Shown: positions 20,222 through 31,931 of the stretch, piece after piece
Layout: each line of letters opens with the position of its first letter
Numbering within the stretch: position 1 is the first letter of the stretch
NCBI GenBank assembly: GCA_034436295.1
Contig: DAOTVT010000071.1
Span: 1,208-65,207 of the forward strand
DNA length: 64,000 nt
Source of the DNA: Anaerolineae bacterium
Lineage (GTDB): Bacteria > Chloroflexota > Anaerolineae > DTLA01
Direction of reading: 5' to 3'
Notes under the pieces: generated by a model
What the model saw: the letters and a program-made list of their open reading frames with translations, nothing else
What the model was told of the DNA's origin: nothing
Databases searched by the model: none
Position numbers and translations under genes: made by a program

Positions 20222-21034
20222 ATGAACGTTCTGATCTCGGTGGACATGGAAGGCATCTCCGGCGTGGTTACGACCGATCACGTTACCGCCACCCACAAGG
20301 AGTACGACCGCTTCCGCAAGTTGATGACCGCCGACGCCAATGCCGCCGTTGAGGGGGCGCTCGCGGGCGGGGCCACACGCGTGGTGGTCAACGACAGCCA
20401 CGGGGGCATGGCCAACATCTTGCTGGAGGAGTTGAACCCCGCCGCCGAACTCATCTCGGGAAGCCCCAAGCCGTTGAGCATGATGGAGGGCATCGGCCCG
20501 AATGTGGACGCGGTGTTCTTCGTGGGCTACCATTCGCGCATGGGCACGGGCGGGGGTGTCCTGGCCCATACCTACGCAGGGAGCATCGTTACCGAGTTGC
20601 GCCTGAACGGGCAGGCCGTCGGCGAGACGGGGCTGAACGCCGCCGTGGCCGGGGCCTACGGCGTGCCGGTGGTGCTGGTAACCGGCGACCGTGCGGTTAC
20701 CGAGGAGGCCCGCGCGCTGCTCGGCGACATAGAGACGGTCGCCGTCAAGGAGGGCGTGGGGTGGAAAGCCGCGCGCTGCCTGCACCCCGATGTGGCGCAT
20801 CGGCAGATACGGGAAGCCGCCGAGCGCGCCATGCGCAAGAGGGTGGCGCCGTTTGTGGTGGCGACGCCCGTGGAGGTGCGGGCCGTGTTCCAGCGCCTGG
20901 CCCAGGCCGATATGGCCGCGCTGATTCCCGGCAGCCGCCGAACCGACGGCCTGACCCTGGAGTTCACAGCGCCGGACATGGAGACCGCGTACAGGACGTT
21001 CCGCGCGATGGTGGCTCTGGCCGGCACGGTGTGA
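20222..21034 (+). CDS. D-aminopeptidase DppA family (peptidase M55)
   Basis: MNVLISVDMEGISGV...NDSHGGM signature of the M55 D-aminopeptidase family; ~270 aa. Confidence 0.85.
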   Translation: MNVLISVDMEGISGVVTTDHVTATHKEYDRFRKLMTADANAAVEGALAGGATRVVVNDSHGGMANILLEELNPAAELISGSPKPLSMMEGIGPNVDAVFFVGYHSRMGTGGGVLAHTYAGSIVTELRLNGQAVGETGLNAAVAGAYGVPVVLVTGDRAVTEEARALLGDIETVAVKEGVGWKAARCLHPDVAHRQIREAAERAMRKRVAPFVVATPVEVRAVFQRLAQADMAALIPGSRRTDGLTLEFTAPDMETAYRTFRAMVALAGTV

Positions 21035-21088
21035 AGTACGGACAGAGTAGGGATGAAGTCAAGACTTGAAGAGACCGAGGGGAGAGAG

Positions 21089-22090
21089 ATGAAAGGATTA
21101 GCAAAAAAGAAAGCACAGCCACAACCGTCGGCAGAGCAGGAAGAACCCAAGAAATCCAAGCGCCGCGCCCCAAGGGTGGTCGTGGACCCACGCGTGATGG
21201 AACGGTCGCTGGCGCACGTCCACCGCGTGCTGGAGGAAAGGGCTCCCGAGACTCCGGAGGAAGCGCAGGCCATTCTGGACGAGTTGATGGCATCTGGCGA
21301 GATTCCTCAGGTCCCCCCGCGGAGCCCGCTGGAGCAAGCGCAGGAGATCATGTACGACGCGTGGGAGGCGAGGGGCGCCAAGCGGGCCAAACTGGCGCGC
21401 GAAGCCCTGAAAGTCTCGCCCGACTGCGCCGATGCCTACGTGCTTCTTGCGGAGGAAACCGCACGTACCGCGCAGGAAGCGCATGACCTGTTTGAGCAAG
21501 GGGTGAAAGCCGGGGAGCGGGTGCTTGGAGCCCGCATGTTCCAGGAGGAGGCGGGGAACTTCTGGGGGATTCTGGAGACCCGGCCGTACATGCGAGCGCG
21601 CGCCGGCCTTGCCTGGAGCCTGTGGGCGATGGGGAAGCGCCAGGAGGCTATAGATCATCTTTGGGACTTGCTCCGCTTGAACCCCAACGACAACCAGGGG
21701 AACCGTTACGCGCTCATGGCCTGGCTGTTGGCCACGGGGGACGATGCAGGGGCGCGGAGGCTGCTGGATCAGTATGCCGACGACCCCTCGGCTGGCTGGG
21801 CCTACAACCGCGCGATTCTGCTGTTCCGCAAGGTTGGCGACACGGCCAAATCCAGCCGCGCTCTGGACAAGGCGCTGGGCATGAACCCCTTTGTGCCGTT
21901 GTACCTGATTGGGGTGAAGGCGATGCCCTCGCGCATGCCTGGGTTCGTACAACCGGGCGGTGAAAGCGAGGCCATAGAGTATGTGGGCATAACATGGGAG
22001 GTGTGGTTCGAGACCCCAGGCGCGCTGGACTGGCTTGTGAACGCGCTTGACCGCAAGATAGCGGCATTGGAAGCCAAGGTACGCCGTTGA
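21089..22090 (+). CDS. hypothetical helical-repeat (TPR-like) protein
   Basis: GAGGGGAGAG RBS before ATG; lysine-rich N-terminus then alpha-helical repeat region; no confident family. Confidence 0.5.
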   Translation: MKGLAKKKAQPQPSAEQEEPKKSKRRAPRVVVDPRVMERSLAHVHRVLEERAPETPEEAQAILDELMASGEIPQVPPRSPLEQAQEIMYDAWEARGAKRAKLAREALKVSPDCADAYVLLAEETARTAQEAHDLFEQGVKAGERVLGARMFQEEAGNFWGILETRPYMRARAGLAWSLWAMGKRQEAIDHLWDLLRLNPNDNQGNRYALMAWLLATGDDAGARRLLDQYADDPSAGWAYNRAILLFRKVGDTAKSSRALDKALGMNPFVPLYLIGVKAMPSRMPGFVQPGGESEAIEYVGITWEVWFETPGALDWLVNALDRKIAALEAKVRR

Positions 22091-22311
22091 GCAGACGCCT
22101 GGTAGCGCGCCTGGCCGCCTGACCTGCGCGCCCTTGTGCGCGGCTGCGTGGCGGGGCGTGCGCGCGTTGACAATCGGCCCCTCCGCACATATACTTGTGC
22201 CTGACGGGTAGGTGCCTCCTCACGTTGCGCGACGTACCTGGCAGGAATCTGCGGCGTCGTCGTTTGCCCCAGGAGCGCCGATACCCCGCGTGGACCTGTG
22301 CGGAGGGCAGA

Positions 22312-25300
22312 TTGCGTCTCAAGCGGCTGGAACTTCAGGGATACAAGACGTTCGCGTCCAAGACCGAATTCGTGTTCAACGATGGCATCACCGCCATCGT
22401 TGGCCCCAACGGCAGCGGCAAGAGCAACATCGCCGATGCCGTCCGTTGGGTTCTCGGCGAGCAATCCTATCGTCTCCTCCGCGCCAAGCGCACCGAAGAC
22501 ATGATCTTCCACGGCAGTTCCCAGCGCGCCCGCGTCGGCATGGCCCAGGTCAGCATGACGCTGGACAACTCCGATGGCTGGCTTCCTCTGGATTTCAGCG
22601 AGGTTACGATTACCCACCGCGCCTATCGCTCGGGCGAGAACGAGTACACCATCAACGGCAGCCGCGTGCGCCTGAAGGACGTTACGGAACTCCTCGCCAA
22701 GAGCGGCCTGACCAAGCGCAACTCCATCGTCATCGGGCAGGGGCACATAGACGCGGCCCTCTCGCTGCGTCCCGAGGAGCGGCGGACGCTCTTTGAGGAA
22801 GCCGCCAATATCACGCTCTATCAGTCCAAGCGCGACGCCGCCCTGGCCAAACTGGAGGCGACCGAGCAGAACCTGGTGCGCGTGCGGGACATCCTGGCCG
22901 AGATTGAGCCGCGCCTGAAGACCCTGCGCCGCCAGGCGCAGCAGGCCGAGGCGTACCATGCGCTGAACCGAGAACTGGAGGAATTGCTGCGCGTCTGGTA
23001 CGGCTACCGCTGGCGGAAGGCGAGCCGTGCGCTGCAACAGGCCCGCGAAACGCTGAACCAGGCGCGGCAGGCCCTGCAGCAGGCCCAGACGCGGCTAGAA
23101 CGCCTGGAAGCGCAGGCGGCGTCGGCCCGCGCGGATCAGAACGCCCTTCGCCAGCAACTGGCCCAATGGCATCGGGACAGCGCCGAACTGCACACGCGCG
23201 CCGAGGCCGTGCAGCGCGATTGGGCCGTGCGCCAGGAGCGCCTGCGCCTGGTGGGCAGGTTGCTCACGGAAGCGCAGGAGGAGATGGCCCCGCTGGAAGC
23301 CAGCCGCGCCGCCCAGGCCGAACGCCTCCGCGCCGCCGAGTTGCACCTCCAGGCCCTTGTGGCCGAATGGGAGGGTGCGATCGCTGCCCTGCGCCGCGTG
23401 GAGGCCGAGCACGAGTCCCAGCAGCGCGCGCGGCAGGAAATCCTGTCGCAGATCACCGCGCTGCAGAACGAATTGTTTGAGATCGCGACGCAGGCCGCCG
23501 ACCGCCGCAACCGCCTGACACAACTCGCGGAGCGGCGCAAGGAGCAACTCGCCGAGAAGGGGAGCCACGAAGCCGCCATGGCCGCGCAGCAGGGCGAACT
23601 GACGGCGGCGCGCGCCGAGCAGCAGGCGCTGCAGCAGGCGCTGGCCGAGTTGGAGCAGGAAGCCGCCCGCGTGCGCGACGCCGTGGCGCAGGCCCAGCAG
23701 CGCATCCAGGCCGCCCAGGCCCAGGCCCGCCAGGCCGAACAGGACATGGCACGGGTGCGGGAAGAGGCCGCCACCGCCCAGGCGCGGCTGGACATGCTCC
23801 GCCGCATGCAGGACGAGGGCGCGGGGCTGTACGCTGGAACGCGGGCCGTGCTCGCTGCCGCGCGCGAGGGCCATCTGCGTGGCGCGCTGGGCGTGGTGGC
23901 CGACCAGATTCAGGCGCCGCCTGAGTTGGAGAAGGCCATAGAGACGGCCCTGGGCGCTCACGTCCAGGACATCATCACCGAGACATGGGCCGACGCGGAG
24001 CAGGCCATCCAGTACCTGCGCCGCGAATCGGCGGGGCGCGCCACGTTCCTGCCGCTGGAGACGCTGCGCCCGCCTTCGCCCGTGAAGCCGCCCGAATTGC
24101 CGGGCGTGCTGGGCGTTGCGGCGCGCCTGGTGCAGGCGCCGGCGCGGTTGGCTCCCGTGCTGGATTTGCTGCTGGGCCACACCGTGGTGGTGGACGACAT
24201 GAAGGCCGCGCGCGCATTGTACCGCCAGATGCGCGGCGCGTTCCAAATCGTAACCTTGGACGGCGAACTCATCCGCTCCACGGGGGCCATCACTGGCGGG
24301 GCCGAAGCCCGCAAGGCGCCGGGGCTCCTGTCGCGGCAGCGGGAGCGCGCCGAACTGGAGACCGCCCTGCGCGACCTGGGCCGGCGGCGCGAGGCGCTCC
24401 AGTCGGCGCTGCAATCCGCGGCACAGGCCGAGCAGGCCGCCCGCGACCAACTGGCGCAGGCCCAGCGCCAGGTGGACGCCCTCGCCGCCAGGCAGGCGCA
24501 GGCGCGCGCTTCGCTGGCCGCGCTTCAGCGCCAGGCCGACAAGAAGGCCCAGGAAGTGGAATGGCGGCAGGCCCTTGTTCACCAACTGGATCAGAACCTG
24601 GAAGCCCTGGCGGACAAGGAAGCCCAGGCCCACGCCGACCTGGCGCAACTGGCCCAGCGCGAGACCGATGCGCGGGGCCGCCTGGCCCAACTTCAGGCGT
24701 CGCTGGACGCCATGCCCGACTCGTTGGCCGTGCCGCTGGCCGAGGCCAGGGCTGCCGTGTCGCTGGCCGAGCAGAACGTGGAGAACCACAAGGCGATCGT
24801 GCGCGGCCATCAGCAGTCGCTGGCGCAACTGGACGGGCAACTGCACAGTCGCCGCGACCGGTTGCAGGCGTTGCAGACGGAGCGCGACGAACTGGAAGCC
24901 GCCGAGCGCGACCTGCGCGCGCGGGCCGAGGCGCTGGCGGCCCAACTGGAATCCCTCGCGGCGCAGATTGCCCCGGCCGAGGCGCGCCTGGGCGAGATGG
25001 AAGCCGCGCAGATGGATTTGGAAGCGCGCATCCAGAAGGAACGCGCCGCCCTGCGCGAGGCCGAACAAGCCCACAACCAGGCGCTGCTGGAGATGGAGCG
25101 CCGCCGCGACGAATTGGCCGCCCTCAAGCGCCAGATGGAGAGCGACCTCGGCCTGATTGATGTGGAGATCGCCGAGGGGCTGCCCGCCCAGCCCCCGCTG
25201 CCGCTCCGCCCCATCGTGAGTTCGCTGCCCGAGGTGGAGGCCCTGCCCGACGGCCTGGAGGAGCAGATTCAGCAGGTGCGCGGGCAGATTCGCAGGCTCG

Positions 25301-25908
25301 GCGCCATCAATCCCACCGCGCCCACCGAATACGCCGAAACGCTGGAACGCTACAATTTCCTGACCGCGCAGTCCGAGGACCTCCAAGAGGCCGACAAGTC
25401 GCTGCGGGCGGCCATTGCCGAACTGGACCGCATGATGAACGACGAGTTCATCCGCACCTTTGAGGCCGTGGCCGAGCAGTTCACGGTCTATTTCACCCAA
25501 CTCTTTGGCGGGGGCACGGCGCGGCTGACGCTGACCGACCCCGACAACCCGATGGCTTCGGGGGTGGACATCGTGGCGCGGCCGCCGGGCAAGCGCACGC
25601 AGAGCCTGGCGCTCCTGTCGGGGGGCGAGCGCGCCCTGACCGCCGCGGCCCTTATCTTCGCCATCCTGAAGGTCAGCCCCGCCCCGTTCTGCATCCTGGA
25701 CGAGGTGGACGCCATGCTGGACGAGTCCAACGTGCGGCGGTTCCGCGCCGTGCTGGAGGAACTGGCCCGCGAAACGCAGTTCATCGTCATCACCCACAAC
25801 CGCGGGACAATTGAGGCGGCCAGCACCATCTACGGGGTCTCCATGGGCGCCGACAGCGTGTCGCGGGTGCTTTCGCTGCGCCTGGATCAGGTGGAGGCGA
25901 AGGCGTAG
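22312..25908 (+). CDS. smc: chromosome segregation protein SMC
   Basis: N-terminal Walker [11 protein letters not shown], long coiled coils, central hinge, C-terminal [10 protein letters not shown] signature and DEVDAMLDE. Start placed at TTG ([14 protein letters not shown]) with GGAGGG RBS. Confidence 0.9.
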   Translation: MRLKRLELQGYKTFASKTEFVFNDGITAIVGPNGSGKSNIADAVRWVLGEQSYRLLRAKRTEDMIFHGSSQRARVGMAQVSMTLDNSDGWLPLDFSEVTITHRAYRSGENEYTINGSRVRLKDVTELLAKSGLTKRNSIVIGQGHIDAALSLRPEERRTLFEEAANITLYQSKRDAALAKLEATEQNLVRVRDILAEIEPRLKTLRRQAQQAEAYHALNRELEELLRVWYGYRWRKASRALQQARETLNQARQALQQAQTRLERLEAQAASARADQNALRQQLAQWHRDSAELHTRAEAVQRDWAVRQERLRLVGRLLTEAQEEMAPLEASRAAQAERLRAAELHLQALVAEWEGAIAALRRVEAEHESQQRARQEILSQITALQNELFEIATQAADRRNRLTQLAERRKEQLAEKGSHEAAMAAQQGELTAARAEQQALQQALAELEQEAARVRDAVAQAQQRIQAAQAQARQAEQDMARVREEAATAQARLDMLRRMQDEGAGLYAGTRAVLAAAREGHLRGALGVVADQIQAPPELEKAIETALGAHVQDIITETWADAEQAIQYLRRESAGRATFLPLETLRPPSPVKPPELPGVLGVAARLVQAPARLAPVLDLLLGHTVVVDDMKAARALYRQMRGAFQIVTLDGELIRSTGAITGGAEARKAPGLLSRQRERAELETALRDLGRRREALQSALQSAAQAEQAARDQLAQAQRQVDALAARQAQARASLAALQRQADKKAQEVEWRQALVHQLDQNLEALADKEAQAHADLAQLAQRETDARGRLAQLQASLDAMPDSLAVPLAEARAAVSLAEQNVENHKAIVRGHQQSLAQLDGQLHSRRDRLQALQTERDELEAAERDLRARAEALAAQLESLAAQIAPAEARLGEMEAAQMDLEARIQKERAALREAEQAHNQALLEMERRRDELAALKRQMESDLGLIDVEIAEGLPAQPPLPLRPIVSSLPEVEALPDGLEEQIQQVRGQIRRLGAINPTAPTEYAETLERYNFLTAQSEDLQEADKSLRAAIAELDRMMNDEFIRTFEAVAEQFTVYFTQLFGGGTARLTLTDPDNPMASGVDIVARPPGKRTQSLALLSGGERALTAAALIFAILKVSPAPFCILDEVDAMLDESNVRRFRAVLEELARETQFIVITHNRGTIEAASTIYGVSMGADSVSRVLSLRLDQVEAKA

Positions 25909-26009
25909 CGGGCGGCCGAGTTTCTGACCCGCTGCGCGCGGCCTACTCCACCGCTCGGGCGTTTGACGTTTCCCGTCGGGTTCGCTAGACTTGGCGCAGG
26001 AGGTAGGCG

Positions 26010-26546
26010 ATGGAATTGCCTGCGTACATGCGCATCCCCTCCCGTTTCGGGGCGCTGGGCCTGGTGTGGTTGGGCACTCCGAATGGCCCTCGCGTCCTCC
26101 GCATCTACCTGCCCAACGAATTGCCCCGCGGATTGCCGGCCGTCAAGGCCCCATCCGATTCCCCCATTGCGGAACTGGCCGCTCGCATAAAGGCGTATTT
26201 GGCGGGCGAGCCGGTCGTCTTTGACCTGAGCCTGCTCCTTTTGGAGCAGTGCGCGGAGTTCCAGCGCAAGGTGCTGGTGGCCGAGTGCGGCATTCCGCGC
26301 GGGTGGGTAAGCACCTACGCCCGCATCGCCGCGCATCTGCAAGCGCCACGGGCGGAGCGGGCGGTTGGCACGGCCCTGGCCCGCAATCCCTTTCCCATCG
26401 TCATCCCCTGCCACCGCGCCGTGCGCTCCGACGGGAGCCTGGGCGGCTACCGCGGCGGCCTGCCCATGAAGCGGGCGTTGTTGGAGATGGAGGGCGTGCC
26501 TTTTGAGGACGGGGGGCGCGTGCGGATGGACAAGGTCTGGTACTAG
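26010..26546 (+). CDS. ogt: methylated-DNA--protein-cysteine methyltransferase
   Basis: Active-site PCHRAV motif and a GGYRGG helix region in the C-terminal domain. Confidence 0.8.
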   Translation: MELPAYMRIPSRFGALGLVWLGTPNGPRVLRIYLPNELPRGLPAVKAPSDSPIAELAARIKAYLAGEPVVFDLSLLLLEQCAEFQRKVLVAECGIPRGWVSTYARIAAHLQAPRAERAVGTALARNPFPIVIPCHRAVRSDGSLGGYRGGLPMKRALLEMEGVPFEDGGRVRMDKVWY

Positions 26547-26676
26547 CGCCGGCCCCTGGCCTTGAGTTGGGCCTGTTCGCGCCTTCGCTGTGGCGGCATG
26601 ATGTTGTCCTGTGCCGGTCGGCGCACGCCAGCGCCGCAACCGACGGATTCTTGCAAAGGAGGCAAAGGAGGGAGAG

Positions 26677-28401
26677 ATGGGCGCTATCATGGGTGCTGAT
26701 GTCCTGGTCAAATGCCTGATTCAGGAGAACGTGCGGTTTGTGTTCGGCATCCCGGGCGGGCAGTTGTGTCCCATTCTGGACGCCATACGCCGCTTCGGGG
26801 GCGACGCGGGCCTGCAGTTCATCATGACGCGGCACGAGCAGGCCGCCGCGCACATGGCCGACGCCTACGCCCGCGTTACGGGCGAGCCGGGCGTGTGCAT
26901 GGGCACGGTGGGGCCTGGGGCCGCGGACCTGGTGCCCGGGGTGTACGCCGCCTGGGCCGACTCCATCCCGATGGTGGTGCTCACGGCTCAGAACCAGACG
27001 TGGAAGTCGTATCCGGAGCGCGGCTCCATGCAGTCGCTGGACCAAATCGGCCTGTTCCAGCCCATCACCAAATGGAGCGCGCGGGTGGCCCACTGGAAAC
27101 GAATCCCCGAACTGGTGCACGCGGCCTTCCGCGCGGCGGTGTCGGGGCGGCCCAGGCCAGTGCACCTGGATTTGCACGTGGACGTGATGGTGGGGACCGG
27201 CGACGAGGAGTCGCTGGACATCTCCCCGCCGACCCGCTACCGCGCCGACCGGGGGCCCGTGGCCCAGGCCGATTTGATTGAGCAGGCGGCGCGGATGCTG
27301 GTGGAAGCCGAGCGCCCGCTGATTCATCCGGGCGGCGGCGCGCTCCGTTCGGGCGCGTGGGACGAGGTGCGCGAACTAGCCGAGTATCTGTCGGCGCCCG
27401 TTACCACCAGCCAGGGCGCGTGCGGCGTCATCCCCGAGGATCATCCCCTGTGCCTGATTCCGGGCGGGTTCGGCGCGCTGGGGGCGCAGGCGATGGCCGA
27501 CGTGGTGCTGCTGGTCGGCGGGAGGCTGGGCGATGTGGACTTCTGGGGCCAGCCGCCCTACTGGGGCGAGCCCGACGCGCAGAAACTGATTCAGATTGAC
27601 ATTGAGCCGCAGGTGGTGGGCTTGAACCGTCCGGTGGATTTGGCCCTCATCGGCGATGCCAAGGCGACCCTGCGCGCGCTGATTGACGCGGTCAAGCGCC
27701 TCACGAAGCCCATCCCCGAACGCCCCGACATGGCCGAGTATCGCGCTACGCAGGATGCCTGGCTGTCGCAGTTCGCCGCGGATGCTGCGTCGGACAAGAC
27801 GCCGATACACCCGCTGCGCCTGATGCGCGACGTGCGGGCCTTTTTCCCGCGCGACGCCATCACGGTGGTGGACGGGGGCAATACGAACGTGTGGGCGCAC
27901 TACCTGAACCGCGTGTACGCGCCGAGGTCGTTCCTGTGGGCCGCCGACTCGGGCCAACTGGGCACGGGGCTGCCCTTCGCCATCGGGGCGAAACTGGCCG
28001 CGCCCGACCGCCCGGTCTATGCCATCTGCGGCGACGGGGCCTTCGGCCTCAACATCCAGGAGTTGGAGACAGCGGCGCGGCTGAAGTTGCCGTTCGTCGT
28101 GGTCGTCGTCAACGATGGGCAGTGGGGGATGATCAAGGGCGCGCAGATGGCGGCCTACGACGCGCGCTACATCGGCGTGGACTTTGACGATGTGCGCTAC
28201 GACCTGGTGGCGCGGGCGATGGGCTGCCACGGCGAGCGGGTGGAGGAGCCGTCGCAGATCATGCCGGCGCTGGAGCGCGCCGTCAAATCGGGCAGGCCCG
28301 CCGTGGTGGATGTGGTCGTGGACAAGTGGGCCAACCTGACGCCACCCGACCTGGAGAACCTGGACGCCGTGTGGATGGAGGGCTGCGAACTCCCGTGGTG
28401 A
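26677..28401 (+). CDS. thiamine pyrophosphate-dependent enzyme (acetolactate synthase-like family)
   Basis: TPP_enzyme N, central and C domains (GIPGG...; GDGAF...NDGQWGMI TPP-binding motif). Start placed at MGAIMGADV after an AAGGAGG RBS. Confidence 0.8.
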   Translation: MGAIMGADVLVKCLIQENVRFVFGIPGGQLCPILDAIRRFGGDAGLQFIMTRHEQAAAHMADAYARVTGEPGVCMGTVGPGAADLVPGVYAAWADSIPMVVLTAQNQTWKSYPERGSMQSLDQIGLFQPITKWSARVAHWKRIPELVHAAFRAAVSGRPRPVHLDLHVDVMVGTGDEESLDISPPTRYRADRGPVAQADLIEQAARMLVEAERPLIHPGGGALRSGAWDEVRELAEYLSAPVTTSQGACGVIPEDHPLCLIPGGFGALGAQAMADVVLLVGGRLGDVDFWGQPPYWGEPDAQKLIQIDIEPQVVGLNRPVDLALIGDAKATLRALIDAVKRLTKPIPERPDMAEYRATQDAWLSQFAADAASDKTPIHPLRLMRDVRAFFPRDAITVVDGGNTNVWAHYLNRVYAPRSFLWAADSGQLGTGLPFAIGAKLAAPDRPVYAICGDGAFGLNIQELETAARLKLPFVVVVVNDGQWGMIKGAQMAAYDARYIGVDFDDVRYDLVARAMGCHGERVEEPSQIMPALERAVKSGRPAVVDVVVDKWANLTPPDLENLDAVWMEGCELPW

Positions 28402-28555
28402 GACGCGGAGGCGCAGCAGGCGCACGGGGCGAGAGGGGTTCGGCGCTGTGAGGCGTGGCCCTCGCATCCCGCCTTGCGCGCCGGGTTTTGACGGGTTTGG
28501 CGCTCGCCGCTAGAATAAGTTATCACGGATCGCGCCCGACGCGCCAGGAGCGGCC

Positions 28556-31156
28556 ATGTCCACACCCGTTCGGCGACAGTATCTCGCCATCAAGAAACGA
28601 TTTCCGAATACCATCGTCTTCTTCCGCCTGGGCGACTTCTACGAGACGTTTGACGAAGACGCGAAGACCGTCGCCCAGGTCTGCGACATCGTGCTGACCT
28701 CGCGGCCTGTGGGCAAAGACCAGCGCGTGCCCCTGGCGGGCGTCCCGTATCACGCGGTGGATGGCTATCTGGCGAAACTGATCGGGGCCGGCTACAAGGT
28801 CGCCATCGTGGAGCAGGTGAGCGACCCCAAGGAGAGCAAGGGGCTGGTGGCGCGCGAAGTCGTGCGGGTGGTAACGCCCGGCACCGTGGTGGAGCCGACG
28901 CTGCTGGACGAGCGGCGCAACAACTTCCTGGCGGCGCTGACGCTGGAGGACCGGCGCGCCGGCCTCGCCTACGTGGACATCACAACGGGCGAGTTTGCGA
29001 CGACGCAATTCTCGGGCGACGACGCGGCGCAGGAGGCGCTGCAAGAACTGGCGCGCCTGCAGCCCGCCGAATGCCTCATCCCCGCCCGCCCCGACGCGCC
29101 CGAGCGGGCGGCCCTTCGCGGCGTGGAGTGCCCCATAACGGAATGGGACGCCTGGCGCTTTGACGTGCAGACGGCGCGGGAGGCGCTGCTCCAGCATTTC
29201 GGCGTGGGCACGCTGGCCGGCTTTGGCTGCGAGGGACTCCCCCAGGCCATCCGCGCCGCGGGCGCCATCGTCCAGTACCTGCAGGAAACGCAGAAGGCGG
29301 CGTTGGCGCATCTGGACTCCCTGACGACCTACAGCACCTCGCGCTTTATGACGCTGGACGCTTCCACGCGGCGCAATCTGGAACTGGTGGCGACGATCCG
29401 CACCGGCGCGGTGAAGGGGTCGCTGCTGGGCGTGCTGGACCTGACGCGCACGTCCATGGGCGGGCGCATGTTGCGGCAGTGGCTGCTTCAGCCGCTGGTG
29501 GAGAAGGCGGCCATTGAGCGGCGACTGGACGCGGTGGAGGCGCTGTATAACGCCACGCCGCAGCGCATGAAGATTCGCGAACTGCTGGGCGGGGTGGGGG
29601 ATTTGGAGCGGCTGACCAACCGTCTGGCGCAGGGGATTGCCACGCCGCGCGACTTGCTGGGCCTGGCGCGGGCGCTGCGCCGCGTGCCCGACGTGGCCGC
29701 CGCGCTGGATGCGATTCTGGCGGGGTTGCCCGGCGGCCACCCGCTGGCGGCGCTGCGCGACAGGCTCAACCCATGCCAGGCCGAGGCCGACCTCATTGAG
29801 GCCGCCATCGCCGAGGACGCGCCGGCCACGCTGGCCAACGGCGGGGTGATTCGCCCGGGCTACTCCGACGAGTTGGACGCCATCGCCAGGGCCTCGCGGG
29901 ACGCCAAGCAGTGGGTCGCGGGGCTGGAGCAGCGCGAGCGCCAGCGCACCGGCATCAAGTCGCTGAAGGTGGGCTACAACAAGGTCTTCGGCTACTATAT
30001 TGAGGTCAGCAAGGCCAACATGGACCGCGTGCCGCCCGACTACGTGCGCAAGCAGACGCTGGTCAACGGCGAGCGGTTCATCACGCCGGAGTTGAAGGAG
30101 TACGAGTCGCTCATCCTGAACGCGCAGGAGCGGCGGCTGGAGTTGGAGACGCGCCTGTACAAGGAACTGTGCGAGCGGCTGGCGACGGCGCGGGGGCGCA
30201 TGCTGGACACCGGGCGCGCCCTGGCCGAGTTGGACGTGCTGGCGTCGCTGGCCGAGGTGGCGGTTCGCAACCGCTACACGCGCCCCGAAGTCGCCGAGGA
30301 CGGCATCATTGACATCCGCGAAGGCCGGCATCCCGTCGTGGAACTCACCCAGAAGGACGAGCCGTTCGTGCCCAACGACGTGCGGCTGGTCCCTGGCGAA
30401 GGCGAGATCATCATCCTGACCGGCCCCAACATGGCGGGCAAGAGCACGTTTTTGCGGCAGGTGGCGCTGATTGTGCTCATGGCGCAGGTGGGGAGTTTCG
30501 TCCCCGCCCAGCGCGCGCACATCGGCATCGTGGACCGCATCTTCACGCGCATCGGCGCGCAGGACGAGATCGCCGCCGGCCAGTCCACGTTCATGGTGGA
30601 GATGGTGGAGGTGGCGAACATCCTGCACCACGCCACGTCGGCCAGCCTGCTCATTCTGGACGAGGTGGGGCGCGGCACCAGCACCTATGATGGCATCTCC
30701 ATCGCGTGGGCGGTGGTGGAGCACATCCACAATCACCCGCGCCTGCGCGCCAAGACGCTGTTCGCGACGCACTACCACGAGTTGACGGACCTGGCGGGGA
30801 CGCTGCCGCGGGTGCGGAATTTCAGCATGGCGGTGGCCGAGGAGGGCGACCGGGTCATCTTCCTGCGCAAGGTCATCCCGGGCGGGGCCGACCGCAGTTA
30901 CGGTATCCACGTGGCGCAACTGGCCGGGTTGCCGAAGTCGGTGATCCATCGGGCCGAGGAGTTGCTGCGCGAGTTGGAGTCGGGGCAGAACGGGGCGGCG
31001 ATCAAGCCCAGGGCGCCGCGGGCGAAGCAGTTGAGTTTTCTCACGGAGTCGGACCCGGTGCTGCAGGAGTTGCGCGACCTGGACATCAGCGCCATGACGC
31101 CGCTGGAGGCCATCAACAAGTTGTACGAATTCCAGCGGAGGGTGGGGAAGGGGTAG
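28556..31156 (+). CDS. mutS: DNA mismatch repair protein MutS
   Basis: Mismatch-binding domain (FYETFDEDA), connector/core/clamp domains, Walker A GPNMAGKST, ABC signature, and 866 aa length. Confidence 0.95.
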   Translation: MSTPVRRQYLAIKKRFPNTIVFFRLGDFYETFDEDAKTVAQVCDIVLTSRPVGKDQRVPLAGVPYHAVDGYLAKLIGAGYKVAIVEQVSDPKESKGLVAREVVRVVTPGTVVEPTLLDERRNNFLAALTLEDRRAGLAYVDITTGEFATTQFSGDDAAQEALQELARLQPAECLIPARPDAPERAALRGVECPITEWDAWRFDVQTAREALLQHFGVGTLAGFGCEGLPQAIRAAGAIVQYLQETQKAALAHLDSLTTYSTSRFMTLDASTRRNLELVATIRTGAVKGSLLGVLDLTRTSMGGRMLRQWLLQPLVEKAAIERRLDAVEALYNATPQRMKIRELLGGVGDLERLTNRLAQGIATPRDLLGLARALRRVPDVAAALDAILAGLPGGHPLAALRDRLNPCQAEADLIEAAIAEDAPATLANGGVIRPGYSDELDAIARASRDAKQWVAGLEQRERQRTGIKSLKVGYNKVFGYYIEVSKANMDRVPPDYVRKQTLVNGERFITPELKEYESLILNAQERRLELETRLYKELCERLATARGRMLDTGRALAELDVLASLAEVAVRNRYTRPEVAEDGIIDIREGRHPVVELTQKDEPFVPNDVRLVPGEGEIIILTGPNMAGKSTFLRQVALIVLMAQVGSFVPAQRAHIGIVDRIFTRIGAQDEIAAGQSTFMVEMVEVANILHHATSASLLILDEVGRGTSTYDGISIAWAVVEHIHNHPRLRAKTLFATHYHELTDLAGTLPRVRNFSMAVAEEGDRVIFLRKVIPGGADRSYGIHVAQLAGLPKSVIHRAEELLRELESGQNGAAIKPRAPRAKQLSFLTESDPVLQELRDLDISAMTPLEAINKLYEFQRRVGKG

Positions 31157-31175
31157 GACGCCCCCGGACTGACTA

Positions 31176-31528
31176 GAATTCTCACACAAAGACACAAAGA
31201 CACGGGGAAAAACCTTTGTGTCTTGGTGCCTTTGTGAGGGGTTTTCATTCTCACACAAAGACACAAAGACACGGAGGAAAGAACTTTGTGTCTCCGTGTC
31301 TTTGTGTGCGGATTGATTCTCACACAAAGACACAAAGACACGGAGAAAAACCTTTGTGTCTCCGTGTCTTTGTGTGCGGATTGATTCTCACACAAAGACA
31401 CGAAGACACGGAGGAAAAAACTCTGTGTCTCCGTGTCTTTGTGTGCGGTTTCATTCTCACACAAAGACACAAAGACACGGAGAGAATTCTTTGTGTCTTG
31501 GTGTCTCTGTGTGCGGATTGATTCTCAC
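31176..31528. repeat. tandem array (~5 units) of ~68-bp hairpin repeats
   Basis: Unit GATTCTCACACAAAGACACAAAGACACGGAG-AAAAACC-TTTGTGTCTCCGTGTCTTTGTGTGCGGATT. Each unit is a ~25-bp near-perfect palindrome. Confidence 0.9.
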
Positions 31529-31535
31529 AGGCTGT

Positions 31536-31919
31536 CTATTCTATCGTGCCATTGATGATCCGGTAGATGCCGCCCTTCATTGTGGCTGCGCCAAAGTTGA
31601 GCAGGTAGCCCAATTTCATGCCTGTCAGTTTCAGGTAAGTGAGCACCTGCTTCTGGTGGGCTGGGTGAACCGTCTCAACTGACTTGAGTTCAACGAGCAC
31701 CTTGTCTTCCACCACGAGATCGGCGCGGAAACCCTCATCAAATGTCATCCCGTCGTACTCTATGGGAATCCCGACCTGGCGCTGGACTCGCAGCCCTGCT
31801 TTGCGCAACTCGTGCGCGAGCAGCGTTTCATATACGCTCTCTAGCAACCCAGGTCCCAGCGCCACGTGCAGGCGTACCGCGGAGTCCACGATGATCTTGC
31901 CGATTTCATTTTCGTTCAT
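31536..31919 (-). CDS. GxxExxY family protein (PD-(D/E)XK-like)
   Basis: MNENEIGKIIVDSAVRLHVALGPGLLESVYETLLAHEL carries the GxxExxY motif (GLLESVY) and matches the family in length (~127 aa). The N-terminal extension of the track ORF is repeat-derived. Confidence 0.8.
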   Translation of the reverse strand: MNENEIGKIIVDSAVRLHVALGPGLLESVYETLLAHELRKAGLRVQRQVGIPIEYDGMTFDEGFRADLVVEDKVLVELKSVETVHPAHQKQVLTYLKLTGMKLGYLLNFGAATMKGGIYRIINGTIE

Positions 31920-31931
31920 AGCGGCATGCGC

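Noticed and set aside
25887-26711. 274-aa minus-strand ORF overlapping ogt and the smc 3' end
   Set aside because: Antisense to a well-supported MGMT gene (PCHRAV active site); low-complexity translation.
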